From Lingula anatina (Eukaryota; Animalia; Brachiopoda), in assembly GCA_051362555.1 (NCBI GenBank), contig CM120640.1, forward strand, positions 18,910,001 through 18,974,000: 64,000 bases of DNA, given 5' to 3'. Under the pieces are notes generated by a model. It searched no databases. It was not told the origin of the DNA and worked only from the letters and a program-made list of their open reading frames with translations. Shown in pieces: positions 43,401 to 57,000 of the stretch. Within the stretch, counting starts at the first letter, position 1; every line of letters begins with the position of its first letter. Position numbers and translations under genes: made by a program.

Positions 43401-44610
43401 AAAACACTGATATGACATTATCAGCAAGATGATCATACTTCTTCTGAAGACAAATAATGTCCATGAACATAATATAAAGGATAATATTATAATAACCAGT
43501 TTTATACAAAGTTGTTTTAGTCATATTTTGGCTAACAGGGTATATAACTTTTACTTTGAAGATTGTGGTTCTGTTCAGATTTCACCTCAGATAACCTAGA
43601 CATAGGTGAAAGAAGTGAATGATATCACGGAAAGAAGCATGAGGTCAAGATATTTCCATCCATGCATCTTTTTTATTGCTGTGAGCTTTGATTATGAGCT
43701 TGATGCAGAGACTGATATGCTTGTTCGCAGAGTTACTGCTAAAATTAGCTGTTCAAACTATAGCTGCTGTGTAGATACCAGTTGATTAGATGTAGAGGAA
43801 CATATAGTTCAGAAAGCATATTTCATTGGTTTGTTGGAATTAAGTGATCTTGAATTTGGTAACAAGCAAAAAGAAAGAGGGCAGATTTATTGATAAATTT
43901 AAATGAAAATTGAATATAATGGTTCCAAATATATATTCATCACATGATAATTTTGTAAATTTGTCAGCACACAAAAGTTACAAGCATTTAGCACAAGTTT
44001 ATCTATGGCCTTTTTCACATTTTGCACCATGCTGTATTGCAACATTTTGAGTGGCCAACTTCTAAATAGACTGGCTATTTGAATTTGTAATAGAGTCATC
44101 TGAACAGTGCACCTTAAGATACTAGAAACTCTGGTTGGACATGAACAAGCAGGGAAATTAATCCTTGCAATTTGGTCTTATAAATCCCACAAACCCTCAG
44201 GGATTTTAACCCCAAACTGTACAAACAGTTGCAGTTAATTTAATTTGATATTGTAGAATCTTCTGATAGATTAGAATCGACTTTTATCAATGTAAATTAC
44301 CCATTGTGGTGCATAGGTTTAAGCAGATTTTGAACTTTGTGATTATTTTGGGCACCAATTGTTAAAAAATGGGCTCATTTTTTAAGTAACTGGATTGTGA
44401 AAAAAATTAATAACTTTTGTCCTGAAATGTACCCAGGGCCCATGACAGGACCACATGTTCTGTTGGGAACTGTTATCTGGTCAAGGTTCTTTGTCTTGTT
44501 TATTAATATTCTTCAAGAAGTAAGGATATCCAGACAAAAATTCTAAAGAACTTCATTTGTGCTGGAAATTATGTTCCTGAGAAAAAGTCATCTTCAGGAA
44601 GTTTGAATTC

Positions 44611-44641
<31 letters not shown>

Positions 44642-47600
44642 GCAAATAATTAGAAAAAAATTAGCAGAGTTGACCAGGAGTGCATAGGCAACAATCTTGT
44701 GCCGTCAGTTTGGTTTATATGTTTTTGTTATGGAGTTATGATACCCTAATTACAGATTTTCATTAAAACAAAAGCATTATTTTGCTTTATCAATGATAAA
44801 ATCTGAACTTAGACTTTTAAGAAAATTCGCTGTCAGGGTGTGGGAGTACTAAATGGTGTCAATAAATTGGTGTTGAAATGGTGAGGGTGGGAGCTCAGGT
44901 AAAAGAGAAATTTGAGAAACTGATTTTTCAGTTTTTATCCCAAAATCGCAATTATGACGTAACTCATAAGATGACGTGTAAATGTTAATTAATTTAGTCA
45001 CTAAACACTGAAGATTTATTTATAATCCAAAAGAATGTATGTAAGGCAGTAAATAAGGAGTTTTGGGAGAAGTTTTGGGGTGACAATGTCCTTAAGGCAC
45101 CAAGGCTAAAGTGTTCTATGGTCTGTTTACTATAATGGAATAAATTAATTAAACATTGAAGTAAGGCACAATTTTGCATATTTTCTTACCCTTTTATCTC
45201 CAAATTTGGCTGAGGTAAACCCATGATTATTATTGAAGCTGAATAGCAAATCATACATTGGCAATCTAAATGTAACCTTGAGTTTGATCTTTAACTTTCT
45301 TTTCAACCTGAGATAAACTTTGTAGATTTCCTGACACTTATATCTACAAAACTGACATGGATACACCTATTTTTACCATTGAACTTGAATAGCAAATCAT
45401 ATATTGGCACCCTGAGCTTCAGAGATAACTTGACACCTACCTCTTCACTATAGCCTATCTTCATCGTGTCAAGTTACCTCTGACCACATTCGATTGCTCC
45501 CGCCGCCCGCCAATCAAATTTAAATCCCGCACTCAATGACTCATTGAACGATCTAGCCAATGAACGCGAACGAGTCAAAGCGCGCTTTGTTCAAATCCGG
45601 ACCAATCAAAGATAAGGCTGAATATCAGGGACTTGCTGTAACCTGTGGGCAGCACGCAAAATACATCATCCCTCAGTAGATAATGATGCAGGGCCTCAAA
45701 CTGCTCTGGTTTTAATTCCGATATACTCATATTTTGCAAAGAATCAAGAGATAACTTAACACATTATTTTTCGTAGTCACTCGTAGGAGACGCCATGCTT
45801 TCTTTGTGTACGGTTATGCACTCGGAACTACTCAGATGTCTCCGCACTCGACAATAACTTTGTTGTTAGTATGGAGCTTGCGGAATCAGCCGAGGATTAC
45901 CGATTGACGGTCAACCAATCAGCGTTTTCACCAAACTTTGGTGAAAAATTTTGAAACTTGGATTCGATTGGCTTATATAAACTAGGTCAAACTATTTTCG
46001 TCAGAGGTAACTTGACACGATGAAGATAGGCTATTGTGAAGAGGTTAGTGTCAAGTTATCTCTGAAGCTCAGGGTGTATATTGGTAACCTTAATTTGAAT
46101 TTGACTTTGACCTACATTTTACATGAAATGCACTTTTAATTTTTCTAACCCTTGTATCTTCAAAACTAGCAGAGATATAGTTACTATTGAACTTGAATAT
46201 ATTTAGGAAGTCATATATTGGGAATCTTTTGTGACCATGAATTTGACCTTTGACCTTCTTTTTGCCATGAAATGCACTTTGCATATTTAGCAACCTTTAT
46301 TTCTCCACAGTGAAAACAGATAGATCCATAGCTACCAATAAACTTGAATGAACTTAATCTCGCTGGTGGTACAATACCTGGTGTCAGTTTCACCACTCTT
46401 ATGCACTGATTGTTGTTTTCTGTACAAAATTCATTGTTATCAAATTTCAAAGAAGGAAATACAATAAACTTCTCATAATTCATTACCTCAATTGACCGAA
46501 TTAGTATATTATCTTCAATAAATCCAGAAAAACAAATATTTATACCTACATTATAGTATACAAGTAAATTCTGGTGTCACTATTATAGTTCAACTTCTTT
46601 TTTTTATGCAGAGCAAATGCCGAAATATAGTTTTTCAAAATATGCCAAACGACATCATGCCAGTCAAATATCAAATATTTTCTATGGCAAAAATAAAAGC
46701 CAAGTACTCTAACAAACCAGATGAGCACGAGAGAAACCAATACATTTGGACGTGCCACCAATGTGGTTGACACACAAGACTAGTGAATTATTAGATTGAA
46801 ACATTACTGAAATGTCACATCAGTGTGGAAGTGATTTCTCTTTGTGACATAATGTTCTCAAGCGTTTTTTTTCATCAAAGACAAAATGTTAACATGAATC
46901 TCACAGTAATGTGAAGTGATGGCAGTTAGTCTGATTAGTGAATGATGTGCACAGAAAATAGCTCTTTGTTATTTGAAATGAAGATTGTAGTAGATTCAGA
47001 GCTGCACAAAGGTAATTTTTTAGACAGTATATATTAATGACTGTCGCAATGCATTCTAAGAACACTGAAATTAATTTCCTTTCTGAAATGCCACAGGTCC
47101 CTATATACCAATGCTGAGGAGAAAAGCGGGATAGATATAATCATGAGGCACATGTACACGCACAGTAGTCTTATCTGCTGTTGTGGTCCAGTTTTTGGTC
47201 TTGTTTCACATAAGGACATCAGTCAAAGTGTGGTTTAACTTATGACGCAAATATTTCAAGCTATTTGGACCTAAGGCAGATCTTCATAGTTTGGTAAAAC
47301 AGAAGTATTTACCCACTAATGTTTTTTTTTTTTAGTTTGGAAAATTTATTTTACTGGCCTGGATTATGGTAAAAAAAAGTACTTTACTGCCCTAGTCAAA
47401 GAAGACAGAAATTAGTGTTTTTTAAGTTGGGACAAACATTTGACTGAAGATCTTTGTGAAACAGACTCACTTTTAAGGCACTTCTTGGCCCACAAGTACC
47501 AGTACTGTATTTTTGGGGCACCTGTTGAGAGAAGAACACAAAATAATTATACAGAATGTCAGACTTTGCCAGTTCATGTGAGAGATGTGAATCTGTACGC

Positions 47601-47964
47601 TGAAGGTCAGAAGAGGGTCATCTGGAAAAACTTGGTGATAATTGGATAAAGGAAGAGATATAAAGTACCAGAACTAAAATTTAGCAAGAAGAATAACTTA
47701 TTGTTATGAGATATGTGTAGTGCATAGATTGCAAATATAGACCTTACATGGGAACCAACTTTGATGTAAGGAGGGAATATGGATATCAGACAGTTACTTG
47801 TAGCTGAACTTATCGAGGTAATGTTTTTTTTTTACTGCTAATACTTTGTACATATAATACAAATAATATTTCATGATCAAATAGTGTTATGCTATGTTAT
47901 TAGACAAAGGTATATTGAACTGAAAGTTTAAGGATATGGACGTTTGAAATTACCCTAGATTCAC

Positions 47965-48009
<45 letters not shown>

Positions 48010-51000
48010 TTGAGAGGACTACCACTTTACCTCTCTCTCTCTCTTTATTTTCCCAGGTGATCTGTTTGTGTTTAACTGAATATACCTGAACGTTAGTAGA
48101 ATGGTTAAATAAAGCCACAGCAAGTGGCTTAGTGAGATAAAGGTATTTTATATATTGCAGACATTTTGAGAAAAATTGTGTATTTATCTAGTATATCGTG
48201 TTCCTGTTGTCTCACTAATCAGTGGTAAATGAATTGATCCAGTCAAGGTTTGTATGCAGTGGAAAGCTTTAAATCCTTTCTCCAATCTTTTTTTAATCTA
48301 TCATTAAAGATGGATAAAAATAATAATTATGATTCTTCTTGTTCATTTATTGGACTTATTTTTGATTGATGTTAATGCAAAAAATGATGCATCTGAAATG
48401 ACAAAGCCAACTGTATTGCTGGTAACCTTAAAAAAAGAATTCAACATGTAGCTGTTATCAAAAATATTTTTAAAAGTAACAATTAAAAGAAGTGAAAAAG
48501 AATAAGAAGTAGTTGAAAAAGTTGAATCAAAAAAATTTTTTGAAATGAATTGACTTCATCTTGGTTGAATAAGTTGTAGGCTTTATTCAGTGTGGTAGCT
48601 GTGTTAAACTGCTGTAACAGCATATAGGCAAAACTGGGAGATGCAGACAGGATCTTTCACTCTTGATTGCTATTACATCAATCCACTTTTTTTCCACACG
48701 TACTTATTGATTTGGCCTGAAATGTGCACTTACCTAAATAGGAATCTATAAACTTGTTTATATAGAGCTGGGGTTCATATAATTATATACTCAATGTGTA
48801 TTATTTTAGGATAACACAAATTAGTAAATCTTGTAATTGAAGCAATGACACTACATTCAAATTAAATTGATTGGATGCATAGACATCTTTATTGAACTAT
48901 TGTAGATGACAAAATATCAGTTAAACTGAAGTTCAATTCATAGATTTAAATGGAATTTTGTGAGATGGCTTTGTCAGATTAAAAAAAGAACTGGAAGATA
49001 AGCTGTCAATCAATGAATTGGTATAGTTGCCAATACATCTCTTTCAAGAAGGAAATTGGTTTGCAATAAATGTTTTTCAGATCCTGCAATAGTGCCTCAT
49101 TTTGCATATTTGTTATTAAAGCAAAAAAGAGCATGCACTAGGTTCAGCCTAATTGATATATTATTTATTAGAAAAAACAGAGCCTTGCCAAATTGATGTT
49201 ACATCATCTTTTACATAAAAGCTACTATGGGGAGTGTTCATTTCCAAGGTTCCAGAATACCAGTGTGTATATGTGGTGTAGTTAGTTACTGTTGGGCTTC
49301 CAAAATCAATCTTTAGTTTGGCATTCAGATAGCATTACTGACACCTTGAATTCCTCTGAAGGCCAGCTTAAGCAGCATGGAAATAAGATGATTCAACCTG
49401 ACAATTTTCTATGAAGAGGAACAGTTTGAGGGGTTCTTGTGAGGAAATAGCCAAGGACATGTTATTGTGACTGTGTACCTCCCAGTAACATGCACCGAGA
49501 TCCGTGTTATAATATGCACCAAGATCCGTGTCGTAAAATGCACGAGGTCCATATTTACGTAGGTGATGGCTCATAAACCTCTCTGGTGCACCCTGCAACT
49601 GGTATCCCGGCAGAGATGAGCCCATCAAATTCCCCCAAGGAGAAGTGTTGTTCTCAACTCTGCACCTGTAATGGCAGCATGGACCTGAATAAACTGAGGG
49701 ACATCCGACAGTCCTATCTGGACATCATGAAGATGACACAAAGTGTAGCCGTGCACGTGACAGAGCTGGTAAAATTTTCACTGTCATTTTTTTTTTTTAT
49801 ACTTATCAAGAAAATGCATCATTTTTGTTAGACTGTCAATATATATATATATATATTTTTGATGTGCAATTAAGGAGATTGGTGTCCTCAGGAGAGGGGA
49901 TAGCTTAATTTACTATTTGGTATGCCTAAATATTGCATCAGTAAAAACACTTCTAGATTGGTATCATCACAAGTCCATCACAAGATTAAAATGTTTTCTT
50001 ATGCCAAGATGGTTCTTGGTGTCTGCATTGCTACTGTTGGTTGGTGGACAATATACATTGTATGTTTGGCACTATGTGGTCACTGCTTGATTGACAGGAA
50101 ATTTGCCTAAAATGAATGGTGTCAAATATGTTTTTCATGGGGGTGTCCTTATCTCTTCAGATACTGTTCTTTTTGTGATTCTGAAACAGTTAGACGATCA
50201 TGTTTAAAATCTGATTGGGAATTCAATACGAAGGAGATTTAAGACTTGAGATGGAAAGGCTGATCTTTCATGCATCTTTTTTCTCACTGGTTCCTTGTAA
50301 TGTGCTGTCAGTTGTGCATCTCCTGATTGATTTACCATGTCACTGAAAATGATTTGCATTAGACTAGTTGCATTGAGGATGGTGCAAGCTAAAGACAGAG
50401 AACATCTGAATAGCTTACAGGCAGAGATAGGTTTGAAGCAAATTTGATAATATTTGTGTGTCGTAGGAGATTGGTTTTGAATACTTATACAAATTCCCTT
50501 TCAAATTAATTGGCCTTTTAAAACCTTAAAAAATAAAAATATAGAAAAAGAACAGAACTTATTGGCATTTCTATGCTCACTTCCAGCTCAAAGTGAAAAT
50601 AATCTTAGACCAATAGTATTTACCATGCTCATGACCAACCACAAGGTGAAGTCAGAACAGGAGAAAGTAGCAAATTCAGATCACATTAAGTCTTATGTAA
50701 GTGTTTTTAAAATCTTACCATTATTTGTTTGAATACAATTAAAGGGATAACAGCACTTCATATGAGATACAAAATTCCACATTGACAATAAATACATTCT
50801 AAACAATGCACAGAAATAAAGTACAAGTACATAAATTTGAATAAGATACACCATGATGATCACTGGAAAATTGTTGAAGTTTCTGCTATATAAAAGTAAT
50901 GCACATTGTCTCTCTTTTAAATAAAAAATATCATTTAAGTATAAAGCAGTATCCGTGGTTACCTTAAATATACCATCTCTGTATACATTTTTGAAAAAAA

Positions 51001-54000
51001 AAGGGGTCAACCTTCTGGAGATCTAAATAAATAAATAATAATCAGTATGATGAAGAAAACAGAGGAATGAATTTTGAAATATATGTTCAATTTATTTAAT
51101 ATAAAAAGAAGGATGATATGTTTTATATACTTCCAATCATTTGTTTCTCATAATGTATTTTACATGTTTCTCTGATCAGTCTAATGATGATTTCAAAGGG
51201 GTGAAGTTGCTCTTTCTTCTTGAGGTATGAGAAGATATTTGCATGATAAAGCATAATAAATTGCATAGAAACACTTAATTACAGATAATGGAAATAGATG
51301 ATATGGGGAAATTGCTTTCCATGGTGGCCTTTCTGGAATGACGATATTTGTCATATAGTGTCTTTCATATGGCTTCACTCCAAGTTTCTCTTTCCATTTT
51401 TATGTACAGACACAGATGTTTCATGAAGCCGAATGGTAATCAAATTTTCTGTCCATGCTTTTTATAGTCAATAATCAAGAATTGGTGATAATTATTCTGT
51501 AATTTATTATGTAATGTTATATCAAAATTGACAAAAATCTTTTTGCACTGCTACTACAAACATTATGAAAAGAAAACTGTGTTAATTATTTTTTTTTTTT
51601 AACTTACAAGTATGATTTTTAGGATTGGCATGCAGTTCAAATTAGAAAGCCAGCTCAATTGGGTTATCACATATTATTGAATTTATGCAATTTTGTGTGA
51701 AATTTTCATTTTTCTCATTCTGGCATTTTTCAAGTGTGAACTTGAACTCCCATGGGCCTGAAGCCTTATGTTTGTTACACATTTTATACATTGGTATTAC
51801 CTGTTGAGCATAATTAAAATTTGATGTTGAATTTGCAGTTAAACATAATGTACTTTTGCATCAGAATTGACAGTAGCCTATTTTGTGCATTTTTATTTTC
51901 TGCTTTTTGTCTGTACGTTTGACAGCTTTGCTGCCTTGTTCATTGTATACCGTAAGCTAGTTAAACGGGTGTTGTGTGAGTGCTCTGAAAGAGAAATGCT
52001 GTAGGACTGAAATTTATTTGCCCTAGGGACAATCATTAGGTAGTATCGATGTGAAAAATACATAATACTGTTTCCACACACTCAGATAAATGGATTAGTT
52101 TAATGGAGAATTCATGACAAAAAAATGAAATAATGCTTCTGTTGCCTGTATTGACTTGTTGACAACAAATATTGGAAATTTGTATTTTGTGTTGTAAGAA
52201 ATAATTTTTGAAAGTATCATTTCTGTGGCACCTGCTAAAAAGTACATTGGTTGCTTTCAGCATTGAGATTTAATGTCTGCTATGGGAAAAAGATGCATAG
52301 TGGAGAGAAACCCTGTGTAATATTTTTGTCTTGTCTTCAGAAATTGAAAATGTGCAGATTACTTGAAGGCACCAACAGACTGTGAATTGAATAGTTTACA
52401 CTTTGGTAAAATTATTATTTAATAACCAATGATTAATTTGTTGATAGTGATTAGAGCTGCAGTAAAAATTACTTTATTTGTGTCAGTGGTTTCATGAAGT
52501 CCAAATCTTTTTATAGTGTCAAGATGACAATGTAAAGTGAAAAGAAGTCAGTACCTAAAATGATAGAATTTACAGCACAATGCATTTCCCCACAGTAAAC
52601 TGCTGCAAAATAATAAAAGGTTCCTTGAGGATGATTGACAAACTCTGTTGTGATGGGTATTTGGTGAAAAGCAAGAAAATACCATCTACTGTTGGTGTTC
52701 ATCTCGTTTTTTTATTAAGGCTCCATGGAAAATTAATTTTTGAGTAGGTCATTATTTCTTCAAGCTCGGATCCTTTTACAGTGCAGACTTACAAGAGTGG
52801 GTGAACAATCATAGGAAGCTGATAGACTGCAATTGTGCCATTGGATATGACTGATTGTGAAAAATGTAGAGATATTTTTACCTTATGTTTATGCTTCTTT
52901 GCTCTATAAACCGAGTGAGCAGATTATTTACTTAAATCGAGGCATCTGCGTGGAACAAGATGGAACAAAAGGGGTCTTCTTCTAGATTTACATAGTACAA
53001 ATAACGAGGTTATTTTTTTCCCTTGGAACTTGTAACATTTGGCTGATGACCTTCTTGCCTGAATAGAAGCAGCAGAAAATGGATGACTTCTCTTTGAGTG
53101 AAATGGATTCTTGGTCTGTGGACTCCAGATCGGTTTATCTAAGTGAAACTGTCCACATGGTCTGTGACAGAAGAACGTCCAAGAAGTCACAGTGCAAGTC
53201 TGTAGCAGAAAGCGTGGTAATTGAAATTTTGTCCTGTTATTGAGTCAGTGATTTAACAAGTATGGTAGTGTTAATTAAGGGGACCTGATATTAGATATGG
53301 AAGTAATAGGTGATAGAATTTCCTTGGATGGTGTTGCGAGCCACCAGTGGGACATTTTTGTCTCTGATTGTTTTTTTTATACTACCCAATCACAGTGAGT
53401 GATCTTTTCTTTTATTTCTCCCCTCTTCAATAATAAATTTAAATTAAATTTACGCCTTAAGTGACATAATTAATCCTGAATTTGTTTCCCATGGCTCTCA
53501 TAAGTAACTCGCAATAAAAGATAGTGTTTAAGTCAGATGTTAATGTAACCTAAACAACATACAGGTGTCATCACCCTTATAGTACCACCAGTTTGAGTGC
53601 TGAGGGTACTTATGATTCTAGTGAATGAAGCGTCTGTCTTATCAGACGGCAAAACGTGAACACAAAATTTGTGAAGATTTGAAATAAGGGAGAAAAAGGA
53701 GCATATGTAAAATTTAGAGTAGGCATAGATAATGAATATAGTGGATTAGCTAGATATGTCTAGGCTGCTCTGTATTAGGGTGTATGTGTGTTAAATAAAG
53801 CATTCATGTTCATGCTAAATTCAAGTTGAAGTGTTGCTATGGTGTTGTTTTCGCACCCTAATTGAATATTGAGGGCATGATTCTTCTCCTTTTATTGCTT
53901 CATTTAGTCTTGCATTGTGGTGTTGAAATTAAAGCTTAGATGAATTGTTTCAGAGTTCTGGCTGCTGAATGATAGGCAATGGTGTGATGTATAATGCTGG

Positions 54001-57000
54001 AAATGATTGATTCTTTTAATCGTGAAAATATGTCATGAGTTTTTTTTTTTTTTTAACTCTTGTGCAGCTGCATTGCTGTGTACATTTAGTTAACTTAATG
54101 ATTCAAAAAATGAAAAATAGTCCTTTCTGGGTCTTTCACTTTTTATAAAGAACATTGATGAATCTTTGAACTGAATTACAATATGTTTTTGTATATATGT
54201 TTTTTATCTTCAACATATCAACTGCTGAATGAAGGCCAGTGTTCAGTTTGACAGTATACCCAGTCCATCAATGTTTTTCTGAAATATTCCTATCATGTTT
54301 TTTATGCTCTATACTTTCTTGTTTTCTAGGCTCAGAAGTCGTGGATTGAGAAGGTGTTTTTCAAGAGGGAATGCATTTGCTTTGTCAGAAGTCAAAAAGA
54401 TCCCAACAGGTAAGCCATTAAGATGGTCAGATCCAGTTACCAGTTTGTACTGATTCAATGGTTGAATCCCATGTTGCATCAACTCACTAGCATATCCAAT
54501 TCTGCAATTTTATTCTTTTCACATGATGCAGACTTCTTGACATTCTGTGTTGGTGGATTTTGTATGGAATCACAAGAGACTTAAGGAATAAAATTGATCA
54601 ATCTGATAGGTTAATTGACTGATCACCCACTGTTTGTGGTAAATTGGAATACGTGTACATAAGTTGAAGTAGTTCTTTTTAATTTGCATCAAACACAGCC
54701 TTATCACATGGTAAGGCAATGAGACAAATATAGGTTAGAAGCCTTGTTTGTTTCAAAGTGATATGGAGATACTGTGAGATTTCCCCCTGAAAAGGAATTG
54801 GCTTCATTTGTTTTTCATGTTTCTTCCTTTTGCATCATAGAATAACTCAAAGTAAAAGATCTTGTTGTAAAAGAAGGACATTTATGTAACCCAAACAACT
54901 TAAAAATGTCATTGCAATTTTTCATGATAATGGTGAAGGTTGGTTCTTGTGAACATTATCAATGGAAAAAATATGTGCCTTGCCATGAAATCATTGCCTT
55001 ATCAACTAGAAAAGCACTCTGAGAGCGCAGACCTCCGCCAAGGCAGCAAAGTCTCCACCCAATGCAGTTTCACCACTACATTTTCATTCTATAATGATTT
55101 AGTTTTTTGATTTTTGATTATTGATTATTGATTAATTAATGATCCTGATCACCACCAAAAACTAATTATCTGTTCCTCGGCCTACTTCTGACAGTTCCAG
55201 AAAATTTCATCAAAATCGGTCCATAACTTTTTCTGTAATGTTGCTAACAGACAGACAGACAGACAAACTAACGGAACCAAAAACATCACCTCCTTGGCAG
55301 GGGTAAAAAACAGCATGAAAACTAGGAAAACTAGGAAAAGGCAAATATAATATTTCAGGTGGGGAATACTTTTGAAACCTACAATTTGTTACCTATAATA
55401 TTTTTTTCTTTATTCTAAATCTCAGAACACCAATGTTGAGTATCATACACTCTTTATATGAGCTGAATAGCAATGCAACAAAGTGCATGTTATGAGCTAT
55501 ACTAATTGTGGAGATAATGAAGTAAGGCAGCCAACATATAGTCAGTGGGTTTGCATTTTCATCATATTATAATTTATTTTGATATATGCAATTAATAATA
55601 TAGCAGGTACTCTAGGGAGTTTTCTCAGAACAAACCATTTCCATTTTGGAGACCTTATTGCCAGGAAGCTTTTATTACTCTGATATAAAATGCCTGTCCA
55701 AACTTATTTTAAAAATTCAGATGGTATTGTCTAAATGTGAATTCATCCCTGATATATTCAAACAGTTGTCTGGATAGAGCCACGTACTTGTTTCCTATGC
55801 CACTGTGAATATAAACAGGTATTTTTTGGGGGGATCATGCATGCCAACATTTACTTGATTAAAGTAAGAGCTGATCACATTGTTACTAATGAAGTTGAAT
55901 GGAAATTTAATTAACATATGTCAAATCCAAAATGTCACCCCTAATTCAGCCTTTGACCAAGTTTTTTTTTACAGGGAATTGTTCTTTTTCTAAAGGTCTG
56001 ATTTTATCTCTAAAACTAAATGAGATTCACTTATACAGTAGTTGCCCAAAGTTGTCAAAGCGGTATGGTACCCCAAACCAAGAGAAAAACTTCAAAGGGA
56101 GCAAATAATTTCTATGTTCATGGATTGCAGGCATGGAACTTAGCATTAATATGGGTGGAAAATTCACCATTGTGCCAATGCCATTATGTTTTTGATTTTT
56201 TTTTTTTTTTTTTTTTTTTTTAAGTAATGACAGAAAGTCTTCTTTGGCATTTGATATTAAGGTAACTCGTATATTCAGAAATCTACAACGATGAAAGTGG
56301 TGTTTATTTTTCAATAACACTTCACACTTATTGCTATGCTCCTTTAAACTTAAATACTTCTGAAACTCTAATCTTTTCTTTGTGCAGTTTGATGACTTCA
56401 GTATAAATCTTGGAAGAAATTAGTGTATTGCAATATGCTCACGATATGCTTCTCTGTCCTCTCATCTTTTTGATTCTGTCTGTACATTTGCCAGCATTAC
56501 TGCCAAGTTATTTATAAGATTGAGCCTGGGTAGTTCCCAGGTACATTTTGGATTGATGTATTGAGTTAAATCTGTCCATGTGATTGCATATCCTGTCAGC
56601 CATTTGAAATTTCCTTTTATTTCAAAGATTGAGCACCATTTAGTTCTGCATGGAAAACATCAAACCCAACCTGCTTTTTTTTCACCTTGTATAATGTAAA
56701 GCCATGGCAACTGCATAAAAATGCATTGGCACGATGTCTTTAAATCTTTAATTTGACATTAAGTCTGTTCTAGACAAATATTTTTGATAACTGAAAATAA
56801 GCAAGTTCCATTTCCTTAACAAAGATATATTTATATCAGGACTCACTTTCAGTGAGAAAATAAATGCAACTGCAGGTATCATGAGAAAAATAAGTCCAAT
56901 TTGTCCTAAATCTGAGATCATGTACACTGTGTAATATATTTTGTAGTCAAGATCTTCAAGTTGTATTTTGGCCCAGAGTCATATAAAGCCTAATGCCAAC

